The notes under the pieces: generated by a model | Told to the model about the DNA's origin: nothing | Seen by the model: the letters and a program-made list of their open reading frames with translations, nothing else | Databases searched by the model: none | From: an uncultured Fibrobacterota bacterium | Lineage (GTDB): Bacteria; Fibrobacterota; Chitinivibrionia; Chitinivibrionales; FEN-1185 | DNA length: 64,000 nucleotides | NCBI GenBank assembly: GCA_963729895.1 | Contig: CAVSQB010000025.1 | Span: 16,819 to 80,818 of the forward strand | Direction of reading: 5' to 3' | Translations under genes and position numbers: made by a program | Part shown: piece by piece, positions 9,745-18,391 of the stretch | Layout of the letters: the number at the start of each line of letters is the position of its first letter | How positions within the stretch are numbered: position 1 is the first letter of the stretch

Positions 9745-10849
9745 TTGATCTTTAACATATAATGGATACACGATTATTTATGGCCAAGTGATTTCCGAAT
9801 GTGCAATACACGATTCAAGGAGCCTTTGAGAACTGCGCACTCGGCCAATAGAACGGTGTAAATGAGATCCCAAATGATACGTATCTTCATGGGTGCTGTT
9901 GGAAAGATCGCGTTTCCCATGAGTCCAAACATGTTCAATCGGATTGAGTTCAGGAGCATAACTGGGAAGCCAGTTGACATGAAGTCGCTTGGTCTTTTGC
10001 AGGAAAGCTTTAACGTCTGCTCTCTTGTGGATGGGGCCATTGTCCCAGACAAGAACAACGTGCCTGCGCAAATGGCGCAACAAATACCCCAAAAAAGTGA
10101 CGACCTCCGTGCCCGTGATGTTATGGGCATGGAAACGGACATAAAGACCAAAATGGTGGCAGCCAGGGGACACGGTGACACTGCCGATGGCCGAGATTTT
10201 ATCACGCCGGTAGCTGTGGCGCAGGATCGGTGTGCAGCCCGCAGGAGCCCACGTTTTGCGGACGTTCGGTATGAGCAAAAAACCGCTTTCGTCCAAGAAG
10301 GCAATATGGGCCTTAAGTTTTCGGGCTTTTTTTTATACTGGGCCATGTCCTGCGCTTCTAGGACGCAATGGCCTTTTCGTCTCTTTGCAGAGCGCGTCGT
10401 TGCGGCTTTTGATAGCTCCAGCCAAAATCGTGGCGTAATAGCTTCCATACTCCTACATGCGTGTAATGGACGCCGTAGTCGGCATGAATCAGCCGTACGA
10501 TACGCTTTAATGTCCATAGGTCGGTGGCGTGTCCGGCTGCTACAGCTCCTTTCAGCAGCTTTTTCTTCAGCTTTTCTTTCTGATGATCGGTCAAGAGAGA
10601 AGGTCGTCCCCATTTGGCCTGGGTTCGAATTCCTTTTCGACCTCTTTTCTGATAGGCCTGATACCACCGCACCACCGAACTCAGAGACGATTTCAATTTC
10701 TGCGCCACAGCCCGATAGGTTTTGCCTGAACGCAGCATGGCGATGGCTTGTCGACGTCGCGCTTCCAATTGCTTGGGATTTCCGTGTGGTCTCATATACC
10801 ATAATATAACTATTTCTGATATAAGTATCCATTATAAGTTAAATGTCAG
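9745..10849 (-). mobile_element. IS630-family insertion sequence
   Basis: ~25-bp imperfect TIRs (ttgatctttaacatataatggatac vs ctgacatttaacttataatggatac), each flanked by TA (9743-44, 10850-51). Confidence 0.9.
9778..10795 (-). pseudogene. IS630 transposase (HTH ORF + DDE ORF joined at an A8 run) with premature TAG
   Basis: ORF-A has HTH and 'GWSYQKP.RRA.QRDE'; ORF-B has DESGF, WDNGPIH, LPSYAPELNPIE; TAG at 10358-60 where Trp is expected; A8 at 10327-34. Confidence 0.85.
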
Positions 10850-11081
10850 TAATGGCTTTTAACCGAACAACCCCCCCCCTTCCTGCTCTGACTTCCGCCT
10901 TCACATCACTTATACTACGAGAAGCCTAGTACGGACATTTTGGGGAATTATTTGCAATGTTGGATATTCGTGAGAATTGACCACCTCTTTCAGCAATACC
11001 CACTGAGAATATCCTTCTTTTCAATAATATTGATGCAAAAATATCATTCTTCATGCTATATTCACCCTAAAGGGGTGATAT

Positions 11082-11675
11082 GTGGAGCAAGCTTTGGATC
11101 TTAACACTCTATTGCTGAGGTTGGAAAGCGACTTTCTTTCCGGCATGGTAAAGATTCCCTATGGCAGCAATCGCCACATTGTCACCTGCTGGCGGGTGCA
11201 TAATTGCAAAACAAAGCGATGCCCTTCGTACGGCAAAGAGCGGGTTCGTTGCTGGCAGGTGGTCGGCACGTTCTGCAATCCGAGAAAGAAGGCTCTCACC
11301 ATCAAGAACAAATTCTCCAATTGCCTGGAGTGCACGGTCTTTCTGCAATCAACGCGAACAAAAGAGCTCAGGGCACTTGAGGCTCTCAACAACATCGTCT
11401 TTATGCTCGACGGCTACGATACGGCCTCGGTCAAGACCAACCGGATGATCATGCAAGACCTGGAACGAATTATCCTTGAATTCCGGCTCACTGTTCGCGA
11501 AATTCCCCTTCTCCCCATGATTCTTAATGGAGAGAAAAGAGCCCACATGGCGCAGGAGCTTGGTGTTTCGATAAACACCCTCAAAACGCATATCAGGCAC
11601 CTTTTCAGAAAGATCGGGGTGGGGTCGGCGACTGAACTGCGCGACAAGCTGGCGAGCCGTATCGATGCACAGTGA
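11082..11675 (+). CDS. LuxR-type HTH regulator with N-terminal Cys-rich two-CW domain
   Basis: CWRVHNC...CPSY..RCWQVVGTFC...CLECTVF, then LTVRE..MAQELGVSINTLKTHIRHLFRKIGV; GTG start after AGGGGTG. Confidence 0.8.
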   Translation: MEQALDLNTLLLRLESDFLSGMVKIPYGSNRHIVTCWRVHNCKTKRCPSYGKERVRCWQVVGTFCNPRKKALTIKNKFSNCLECTVFLQSTRTKELRALEALNNIVFMLDGYDTASVKTNRMIMQDLERIILEFRLTVREIPLLPMILNGEKRAHMAQELGVSINTLKTHIRHLFRKIGVGSATELRDKLASRIDAQ

Positions 11676-11693
11676 GGCGAATTGAGGCCAAAA

Positions 11694-11725
11694 AAGAGAC
11701 CCTCTTCAAGGGAAGAGGGTCTCTT
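11694..11725. terminator. Bidirectional intrinsic terminator, homologous to that at 7966
   Basis: aagagaccctcttc / gaagagggtctctt 14-bp stem; shares accctcttc...gaagagggt with 7966-7998. Confidence 0.8.
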
Positions 11726-11754
11726 GAGAACCAATCCAGACCGGACAAGACAAT

Positions 11755-13284
11755 CTACCTGCTCAATACTAAATCTCCCGCCGTTTGAGTGTTCTGTCCA
11801 CGCAGTCTTACAATGTACCGGCCGGAATTTACGCTTCTGCCATTGTCCGACTTTCCATCCCACACAATGTGGTTGGCGCCCGGGTTAATCTCAAGCGTCC
11901 GGACTTTCCTGCCTTCTAGGTTATAGATCTCGGCCGATTGTACGGTCTCGCCCTTGGAAAGGTTGATATTGGCGACAATCGGCCTGATGCCGTTACCGGT
12001 CACGGTAATTTGCACAATGCCCTGGCGGGAAAGATGCGGGTTTTCCTGAACCAGGGAAGATATTAGCCATGGACCGGCATCAACGATCCCTTTTCCCGCA
12101 CCGGTTTGCGCGGTCATAAGCGTGGTTATGTCCGCGGCCGTGTAGCCGTACTCAGTTACGAATTGGTCGACGATGGTGGCACTCCATGCCGGGTATCCGT
12201 CGCCGGACGGGTAGGCCGGTGGAATTACTGATCTGATTTTCTTCACTGCCACATGGTCGACAGCACCGGCAAACGTGCCCATTACGATTGAACGCTGGTC
12301 CGAGCCATCGCTTACACTACCGACCCATTGCCCCGGATCGCCCGCCCACATGCAGTCCACAATGCAGAGCTGGGTCTTTGCGGGATAAGAAGAGGGAACT
12401 CCTGCTTGAATTTTTCCGACAACATAGTCACAGGAGTTGACATACATGAGAGCAGGCATCCCATCCGTATTTCCCGCGTGCCCGAAATCAATTGTGTTCT
12501 TATTATTCTTTTGGCACATTGTGACGCCGCTGTATTCTCCGTACCTGTCGTGGCCCTTGTTCACTGCGCAGTTTACGAAGATGTCGACGCCGTCAATGCT
12601 TGGGGATGCAGCGGCGCTTTGCGACCACAAATTGGTCAGTCCTGTCGGAAAAGTAACTGTATTCCCCCCAGTTCCTGCCCCAAAAGTCACGCCAGCCGGG
12701 ATGGGCTTGCCTGCGCCGACATAAGTTGCGTTATTGAAAGCACCGGCGCCTCCACCGTCATAAATGCAGATGTTTGCCGGCAACATACCCATTCCGACAA
12801 GCACGTTGCATACTTTTGCCACAACCGCAACGGAAGGATAAAGACCGGCAAAAGTATTCACCTTCATCGCAGCTTTGGCAGTTGCCCAGGTTTTGGTGGA
12901 GGGGATCTTGAAGATTGTGCTCCACGCGGTTGCAATGTCGTGCGTATTTGTAAGCGCGCATGCGAGCTTGTCCATGTCGGTTGCGACAACGGAATAGCTC
13001 ACAAATGAATCTGTGGTGTCATTTGCGGCAGGATTTGGGTTATTGAAACTACCCCAGCTGTTGTAATGGTGCTTTGCATTCATCACATTTGCGTCTGTTA
13101 TATACGCGACGCGGAGATTGTCGATGTCCGTATTGATCGGCGTGTTACTGAGGTTGATAATGGCGGTGTTGATAGTTGCGCCAGAGGTTTTTTTCGCCAT
13201 CGGCACTCCCACCATCAATCCGGCTGTTCCCACTGCTGAAGCCTTTAGGAAGTTTCTCCTGCTCTCCAAGGTTTTCTTGCTCAT
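11755..13284 (-). CDS. Tat-exported DUF362-family protein with C-terminal FlgD-Ig/T9SS-like domain (paralog B)
   Basis: Collinear with and highly similar to 8028-9566 along its full length. Confidence 0.75.
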   Translation of the reverse strand: MSKKTLESRRNFLKASAVGTAGLMVGVPMAKKTSGATINTAIINLSNTPINTDIDNLRVAYITDANVMNAKHHYNSWGSFNNPNPAANDTTDSFVSYSVVATDMDKLACALTNTHDIATAWSTIFKIPSTKTWATAKAAMKVNTFAGLYPSVAVVAKVCNVLVGMGMLPANICIYDGGGAGAFNNATYVGAGKPIPAGVTFGAGTGGNTVTFPTGLTNLWSQSAAASPSIDGVDIFVNCAVNKGHDRYGEYSGVTMCQKNNKNTIDFGHAGNTDGMPALMYVNSCDYVVGKIQAGVPSSYPAKTQLCIVDCMWAGDPGQWVGSVSDGSDQRSIVMGTFAGAVDHVAVKKIRSVIPPAYPSGDGYPAWSATIVDQFVTEYGYTAADITTLMTAQTGAGKGIVDAGPWLISSLVQENPHLSRQGIVQITVTGNGIRPIVANINLSKGETVQSAEIYNLEGRKVRTLEINPGANHIVWDGKSDNGRSVNSGRYIVRLRGQNTQTAGDLVLSR

Positions 13285-13333
13285 ACTTATTCCCCCTTTG
13301 GATAAAGTATAAAAGTCATAGAATATTCTTTTC

Positions 13334-13924
13334 CTATTGCCCTATTTTCGAATGAAAATAATTCATAAAAGCGCTTGCATCGGATACGGCCACAGTGCCG
13401 CTAGGGTACTGCGTAAAGAACAACTCTACAAGAAAATTATTAAAGTGACCGTAGGCGTGAATAGTTGAGCCGTTGTTTGTGTACAAGACCTGGGAAATCG
13501 AATAAGGCGCTAAAGCGGACTCCGCCTCAAACGAACTTCCCAGCGAATCCCCCGAGAATATTTTTGCGACGGCCGCGGAAGTTGTATATTGGACTACGAA
13601 CATTTTGAGCTGCTCTGTATCCGTTCCCTGAGGCACCTTTGACATGTAGCTCAGAAACCCCTCTTTGAGTGTGTCGTTGGTGCAGGTGCCGCAATAAGTG
13701 CTGCTCCCGCCATCCACAAGGTTGTAAATTGACGTGTCGACAAAATAAACAGGATTCCCGGTCGGTGCCCACCCGCTTATTTGGTTCGTAACAACCAAGC
13801 TACTCAACGACACCCCAGGATTGGATGGAGCGGTAGGTCCGCCGCACGAAAAAAAACACATTCCCAAGATGCTCGCTGTTCCAATCACCCCAAATGAAAT
13901 AGACCTCACTACTCCGAGTTTCAT
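13334..13924 (-). CDS. DUF6599-like lipoprotein
   Basis: FFSC lipobox-like motif; ISGW...IYNLVDGGSSTY resembles the DUF6599 'L..IDG.A..Y' motif; related to 14092-14694. Confidence 0.55.
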   Translation of the reverse strand: MKLGVVRSISFGVIGTASILGMCFFSCGGPTAPSNPGVSLSSLVVTNQISGWAPTGNPVYFVDTSIYNLVDGGSSTYCGTCTNDTLKEGFLSYMSKVPQGTDTEQLKMFVVQYTTSAAVAKIFSGDSLGSSFEAESALAPYSISQVLYTNNGSTIHAYGHFNNFLVELFFTQYPSGTVAVSDASAFMNYFHSKIGQ

Positions 13925-14091
13925 GGCCACCGCCCCCTTCATGTGAAGATGAGTACCAACTTATAAATATAAACAATTTAACCGATTATGGCTGATTTAT
14001 TTCCTCGGCATCCGGGCAAAACGATCCCTCCGCTTGCCCAAAATATATTGTTCGCCACAGGTCTTTGGCAACACATCAATTTAAAAGACAG

Positions 14092-14694
14092 CTATTGTGC
14101 GATTGCCTTGTACTTGTCCAAGAACTTCAGGGCTTCGGGAGCCGCCGTGGCCGGGTCTGCAAAACCGGAAAGCGAGAATCTGATATAGTACTTCTCAAAA
14201 TTGGCGTCGACATTTATCCCGCCCTGGAACCGCGATGCCTCTGCCTCGTCTGCCGTGTATTGGCTGAGTGGCACTGTGTCCGAAAACGTGTCCGCGGTCT
14301 GCACCATGTCGACCGCTACCTTCGATTCGTAGAACGATTTTGCCTTTGCTATTGTGCCAAAGTCATAGACAAACCCGCTGAAGTTGTACGGTCCGTTGGC
14401 AGCCGACGCGCCGGCGCCGCCATTCATTTCCTCGGTGCACCATTGGACAAGGCCTCCGTTTTGGAACGGCTGCGCTGCTCCGTCAACCTGCGTAAAAAGG
14501 TCGGTCGGCGAATAGTCAACAAAATGGCTGCCTGAATCCACCACCCATCCGCTGATCTGCGTGGTCAGGTAGAAGTCCGCCAGAGTTACGTTCGGACCGG
14601 TCGGGCCTTTGGCGCAGGCGAGGAAAAGCGTGCTGCTCACAACTGCTCCCAGCAATAGAGTCCTTGCTTCTCCTCCAACAAACCGGCCTACCAT
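14092..14694 (-). CDS. DUF6599-like lipoprotein
   Basis: FLAC lipobox; QISGW...LFTQVDGAAQPF...VYDFGT..AKSFY. Confidence 0.6.
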   Translation of the reverse strand: MVGRFVGGEARTLLLGAVVSSTLFLACAKGPTGPNVTLADFYLTTQISGWVVDSGSHFVDYSPTDLFTQVDGAAQPFQNGGLVQWCTEEMNGGAGASAANGPYNFSGFVYDFGTIAKAKSFYESKVAVDMVQTADTFSDTVPLSQYTADEAEASRFQGGINVDANFEKYYIRFSLSGFADPATAAPEALKFLDKYKAIAQ

Positions 14695-14765
14695 CCAACC
14701 TCCACGACTACGCGACGTTGATAAGTAATAAAAGTCTGATTCAAATATTCGGGACAGATAACTGA

Positions 14766-14792
14766 AGATTGCTTCGTTTCACTCGCAATGAC
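14766..14792. repeat. REP-like palindrome (AGATTGCTTCG...CTCGCAATGAC type)
   Basis: agattgcttcgtttcactcgcaatgac; resembles a widespread GTCATTGCGAG...GAAGCAATCT intergenic repeat (recognised from memory). Confidence 0.5.
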
Positions 14793-14897
14793 TCTTGGTT
14801 CGCTGCAACCTCTGCCAACAATTATCTCTCGACCGGCAAGCATGGAGCCAAAGCAACGTTTTGTCTATCTGGTTTACCCCCAAGGACTTAGGGAGAG

Positions 14898-16601
14898 TTA
14901 ATTCGTAAATCCCTTCGGCAATTCTTCTCCTGACGCGGGAGTAGTGTTCGACGGTTTTTGAGGGGCTTGCTGAGTCGGTGCGCTTGTCTTTGTCTGGGTC
15001 CCTTGCACCTCTCCGCCCGAGCCCATGGTCTCTGCGCTCATATCGTTTTCTGCGGCAGATTCCTTTACGGCGCGCAAGTTCTTCTTCTTCTCAGTGATAT
15101 AGGTGCCTTTTTTGATCCGGTCTTCACCGATTGAAAAGACCTCAATTGCTGCCCTTCCCTGCACGGGACAGGCTTTTTCGCAATACCCGCAGCCTATGCA
15201 CTTGTCGTCCGTTACAAAGGGACGCTTGAACGGACCCTTGAAGTTGTCGACGACCATTGAATCGATGGCATGGATAGGGCAGATCTCGGCGCAGATGAGG
15301 CAGAGTTTTTCCTGTTCCCAGGCAATGCACCGGTGCCGGTCGATGACCGCGGTGCCGAGCTTGACAAATTGTTTTTCCGGAAGCGGGAGCGCGCGTATGG
15401 CCTGGGTGGGACACACGTGACCGCACATGTTGCACTTGTCTTCGCACGGGCCGTGCCGGGGAACAAGGTGCGGGGTCCACAATCCGTCAAACCCGCATTC
15501 CAGGTCGGCGGGCTGGAGCCCGTTTGTCTTGCATGTCTTCATGCATTCGCCGCACCGGATGCACCGGGCAAGGAACTCGGGTTCCGGCAGGGACCCGGGC
15601 GGCCGGATGAACCGCCCGTTTACGTTTTTCGGGCCATTCAGGCCGGCCTTTGCGGTTGCCGCAAGCAGCAGTCCTGCCGCGGCGGACTGCATAAACCCGC
15701 GGCGCCGGATGTTGAGGCCGGCGTTTGCCGTGCCGAACCCGAAGCCGGAAAACCCGATCGTGATCGCGCTCTTCTTGCATACGTCAATGCAGTCTCCGCA
15801 CAGGACGCATTCGGAGAGCACGGTTTGGCGCGGATTGAGTTCAACGGCCCGCATGTCGCACTTGGCCGCGCAGAGTTTGCAGTCCGTGCAGGCGTCGCTT
15901 ACCTTGCGTTTTAAGATGCCGAAGCGGGAAAACAGGGAGATAAACGCGCCGGTGGGGCACACGTACCTGCACCAGAACCGTTTGCGCCAGAAATTCGTCG
16001 CAACGATAAGGGCGAGAAGAAAAAATGCGGACACGCCGCTTGAGAAGAAAAATCGCTGAAAATTCACCTGGGTAAAAGTGTCGAGTCCCATGGCCAATAA
16101 CAACGGCCGGAAAAGGTCGATCGCGCCGTCGACGAGCCAGACAACGGGGGGATACAGGACAAGCGCCGACACCCGCGGCGCAATGGACATCGGGCTCAGG
16201 AACGCGAGGAAATTCGCGCCGAGCAGGGAAGCGAAGACCGCGCCGGTGAGGACGTAATATTTGATCCTGCGGTTGGGCTTGGGCTCAACGTTCTCCTTCT
16301 TATGCTTTTTTCCATGGACCAGAAAATCAGAAAAGTCAATAAGCGTGCCGAGCGGACAGATAAAACCGCAGAATATCCTGCCGAACACGAGAGAAAGGGC
16401 GAGCAGCGCGGCGGCCCAGATCATGGTGGCGATAAACGCCCGCGAGCCGATCATGGCCACGGTCGCCACGAGCGGGTCGAGCCGCAAAAACGCGTCAACC
16501 GGGAATTTCGCGGCAAACGGGTACATGGTAAAGACAAACAGGCCGGCGAAAACAGAGAACGTGACGGCCTGCGAGACGCGGCGGAAGGCAGAAAGTTTCA
16601 T
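14898..16601 (-). CDS. Membrane polyferredoxin, NapH/MauN-like N-terminus fused to NapG/MauM-like ferredoxin
   Basis: TM helices with GRIFCGFICP and RFWCRYVCP; multiple CxxCxxCxxxC motifs; internal RRGF; IRPPGS.PE.EFLARCIRCGEC (NapG/MauM start). Confidence 0.9.
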   Translation of the reverse strand: MKLSAFRRVSQAVTFSVFAGLFVFTMYPFAAKFPVDAFLRLDPLVATVAMIGSRAFIATMIWAAALLALSLVFGRIFCGFICPLGTLIDFSDFLVHGKKHKKENVEPKPNRRIKYYVLTGAVFASLLGANFLAFLSPMSIAPRVSALVLYPPVVWLVDGAIDLFRPLLLAMGLDTFTQVNFQRFFFSSGVSAFFLLALIVATNFWRKRFWCRYVCPTGAFISLFSRFGILKRKVSDACTDCKLCAAKCDMRAVELNPRQTVLSECVLCGDCIDVCKKSAITIGFSGFGFGTANAGLNIRRRGFMQSAAAGLLLAATAKAGLNGPKNVNGRFIRPPGSLPEPEFLARCIRCGECMKTCKTNGLQPADLECGFDGLWTPHLVPRHGPCEDKCNMCGHVCPTQAIRALPLPEKQFVKLGTAVIDRHRCIAWEQEKLCLICAEICPIHAIDSMVVDNFKGPFKRPFVTDDKCIGCGYCEKACPVQGRAAIEVFSIGEDRIKKGTYITEKKKNLRAVKESAAENDMSAETMGSGGEVQGTQTKTSAPTQQAPQKPSNTTPASGEELPKGFTN

Positions 16602-16637
16602 CAGATAAATCCCGGAATCCTTTTAATCGCTATGAGT

Positions 16638-16670
16638 TGAATTCCTCGAAGCTTGCTTCGGGGTAGTTCA
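16638..16670. repeat. Palindrome resembling an IS200/IS605-type end or REP remnant
   Basis: tgaattcctcgaagcttgcttcggggtagttca imperfect hairpin (minus strand: TGAACTACCCCGAAGCAAGCTTCGAGG). Confidence 0.4.
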
Positions 16671-16742
16671 TTGAAGAAGATCCTCGCATGTTACCAAGTA
16701 GCAATAGATCTTAGAAGCTGCACCCCAGGGGAGACGACCCTT

Positions 16743-16772
16743 GGAAGTACCCGAAGGGGTGGACTTCTCCCC
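16743..16772 (-). repeat. Dispersed hairpin repeat family A, copy 1
   Basis: ggaagtacccgaaggggtggacttctcccc; also at 24130 and 40129. Confidence 0.85.
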
Positions 16773-16789
16773 ACCAAAAGATAAAATAT

Positions 16790-17695
16790 TTATACTATCT
16801 TCACGTCCATTTTCTCCACGTCAATCTCGCCAAGGCCCATGTCGTACGCGTTCTTGATGTGTTTCACCTGGGAACCTTTGAACTCCTTGTTGTACCAGCG
16901 CGCGATGCCTACGGTATAGGAATCCGCGGCAACAGGATCCGCGCTTGCCACGACCGTGTTGAGTTCCTCGGTTTTTCCCGGACCGCTGGGGCCGTTGGTG
17001 AGAAGCGCGTACACCGCATTGACAATGGTAAGGTTCGGCCTGATAACGAGGAGCAGGTCGGCAATCGCCTGGTTGAGTTCAACCTGCTCGTGCATGAACT
17101 GGCGGTCCCACACAAGGCCCATGAGGTTCTTGATGCCAAGGCTGACGCCCGCCGCGTCATGCGATTTTGCCGTGGGAATGTTGATGAGGCAGTTTGCCCG
17201 CGACACTTCCTTGGCAATCGACGTGGACTTGAGCTGTTTGCCGTTCTTGATCGGCGTGTCCTGGTAAAATTTCTCGTCTTCGAGCAGGGCGACCACAACG
17301 CCTTTGAGGCCTTCAACCGCGGCGCCGATGCCGCTTTTTTCCTTGCAGACTTTCCCGTCGCGCAGGGGATGGTCGATCACGATCACGCGCTGCGCGCCCG
17401 CGTCGAGGCAGAGTTGCGCAACAGACTTCACGATTTCGGGGTGTGTGGTGGTTCCCCATTCAGGCGGGTTGGGAAATCCCATGTTTGCCTTGAGCACCAC
17501 CCGGTCGCCCTTTTTCACGAAATTTTGCATTCCGCCGAGCGCGTCGACGGCTTTCTTGACAATCTCTTCGGGCTTGCCCTTTGCCACAGCTACCACCGGC
17601 TTCTTCTTTTCCTGCGCCAGGACATTGACGGACGACAACGCGGCGCCCGCGGCTGCCGCGCTCCCGGTCTTGAGAAAATCTCTGCGCGATATCAC
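16790..17695 (-). CDS. Tat-exported DUF362-family protein (canonical)
   Basis: SRRDFLK signal; ALGGM..FVKKGDRVVLKAN, TTHPE, INIPTAKSH...SLGIKNLMG, DPVAADS. Confidence 0.9.
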   Translation of the reverse strand: MISRRDFLKTGSAAAAGAALSSVNVLAQEKKKPVVAVAKGKPEEIVKKAVDALGGMQNFVKKGDRVVLKANMGFPNPPEWGTTTHPEIVKSVAQLCLDAGAQRVIVIDHPLRDGKVCKEKSGIGAAVEGLKGVVVALLEDEKFYQDTPIKNGKQLKSTSIAKEVSRANCLINIPTAKSHDAAGVSLGIKNLMGLVWDRQFMHEQVELNQAIADLLLVIRPNLTIVNAVYALLTNGPSGPGKTEELNTVVASADPVAADSYTVGIARWYNKEFKGSQVKHIKNAYDMGLGEIDVEKMDVKIV

Positions 17696-17817
17696 GATAA
17701 AGCTCCTTTTTTATGGGAAAGCAGAATTACTGGACTACGAACGGATAAATATACATCCTTCGATTATGACAAAACCAACGCCTTTTTCAATCCGCAAAAT
17801 GTCAATCCGCAATCTTC

Positions 17818-18375
17818 TCACTCCACTCCGATCTTGTTGTCGATGTTGTAATAGAACTGTTCCGCCATGTCAAGAGCAAAATCGGATTTCTCGGTTGTGG
17901 TTATGCGCATGAATATGCTCTGTTTGGTATACTGGATGGTGTACGAGGTTGCCTGTGAAAGGTCCACAACGACCTCCGGATTGCTCTGACTCAGGATTTC
18001 CTGCGAAGTAGGCATGAAATAGTTAAAGAGTCCCTGGGCGTTTGCCTGCGTCCCCTGGTTGAAGATTTCAACGTTGACGTCCACGCTGCCGTTACTGTAC
18101 AGTTGCACCACGCCTTCCTCGAACCCGTAGGTGATGTAGCTTTGCGCGGCGCCGTCGATGGCGGCGTAAATAGACTGCTCATCGGTCATGAGCGACACGC
18201 TGCCCTTCTTGACATAACCGCTTATGTCGTTGTCGAGCGGCAGATAATCCTGCGGGTCCGCCCCGGCGCCGGGGTCCTTGCTGATCCGGCATTGACAAAG
18301 AAGCGTTGCCAGGAGGGCGGGCGCCAGGGCAGCGGCGAGCCACGATTTGGGAAAGAATGTGTGAGGTGTCTTCAT
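17818..18375 (-). CDS. DUF6599-like lipoprotein
   Basis: Signal peptide with Cys; IYAAIDGAAQSYITYGFEE...VEIFNQGT..NAQGLF. Confidence 0.7.
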   Translation of the reverse strand: MKTPHTFFPKSWLAAALAPALLATLLCQCRISKDPGAGADPQDYLPLDNDISGYVKKGSVSLMTDEQSIYAAIDGAAQSYITYGFEEGVVQLYSNGSVDVNVEIFNQGTQANAQGLFNYFMPTSQEILSQSNPEVVVDLSQATSYTIQYTKQSIFMRITTTEKSDFALDMAEQFYYNIDNKIGVE

Positions 18376-18391
18376 GGATTAATTCCGTGAA

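Noticed and set aside
10358..10360. TAG recoding (pyrrolysine or alternative genetic code)
   Set aside because: TAG terminates normal genes here (e.g. 6808, 8028, 58703, 61393); a single nonsense mutation is simpler.
9774..10832. 352-aa third-frame ORF and 315-aa antisense ORF (9862-10809) spanning the IS630
   Set aside because: No recognisable motifs; the transposase motifs lie in the other two minus-strand frames.
14898..16601. Periplasmic nitrate reductase (nap) or methylamine (mau) operon
   Set aside because: No napA/napB/napD or mauAB in the locus.
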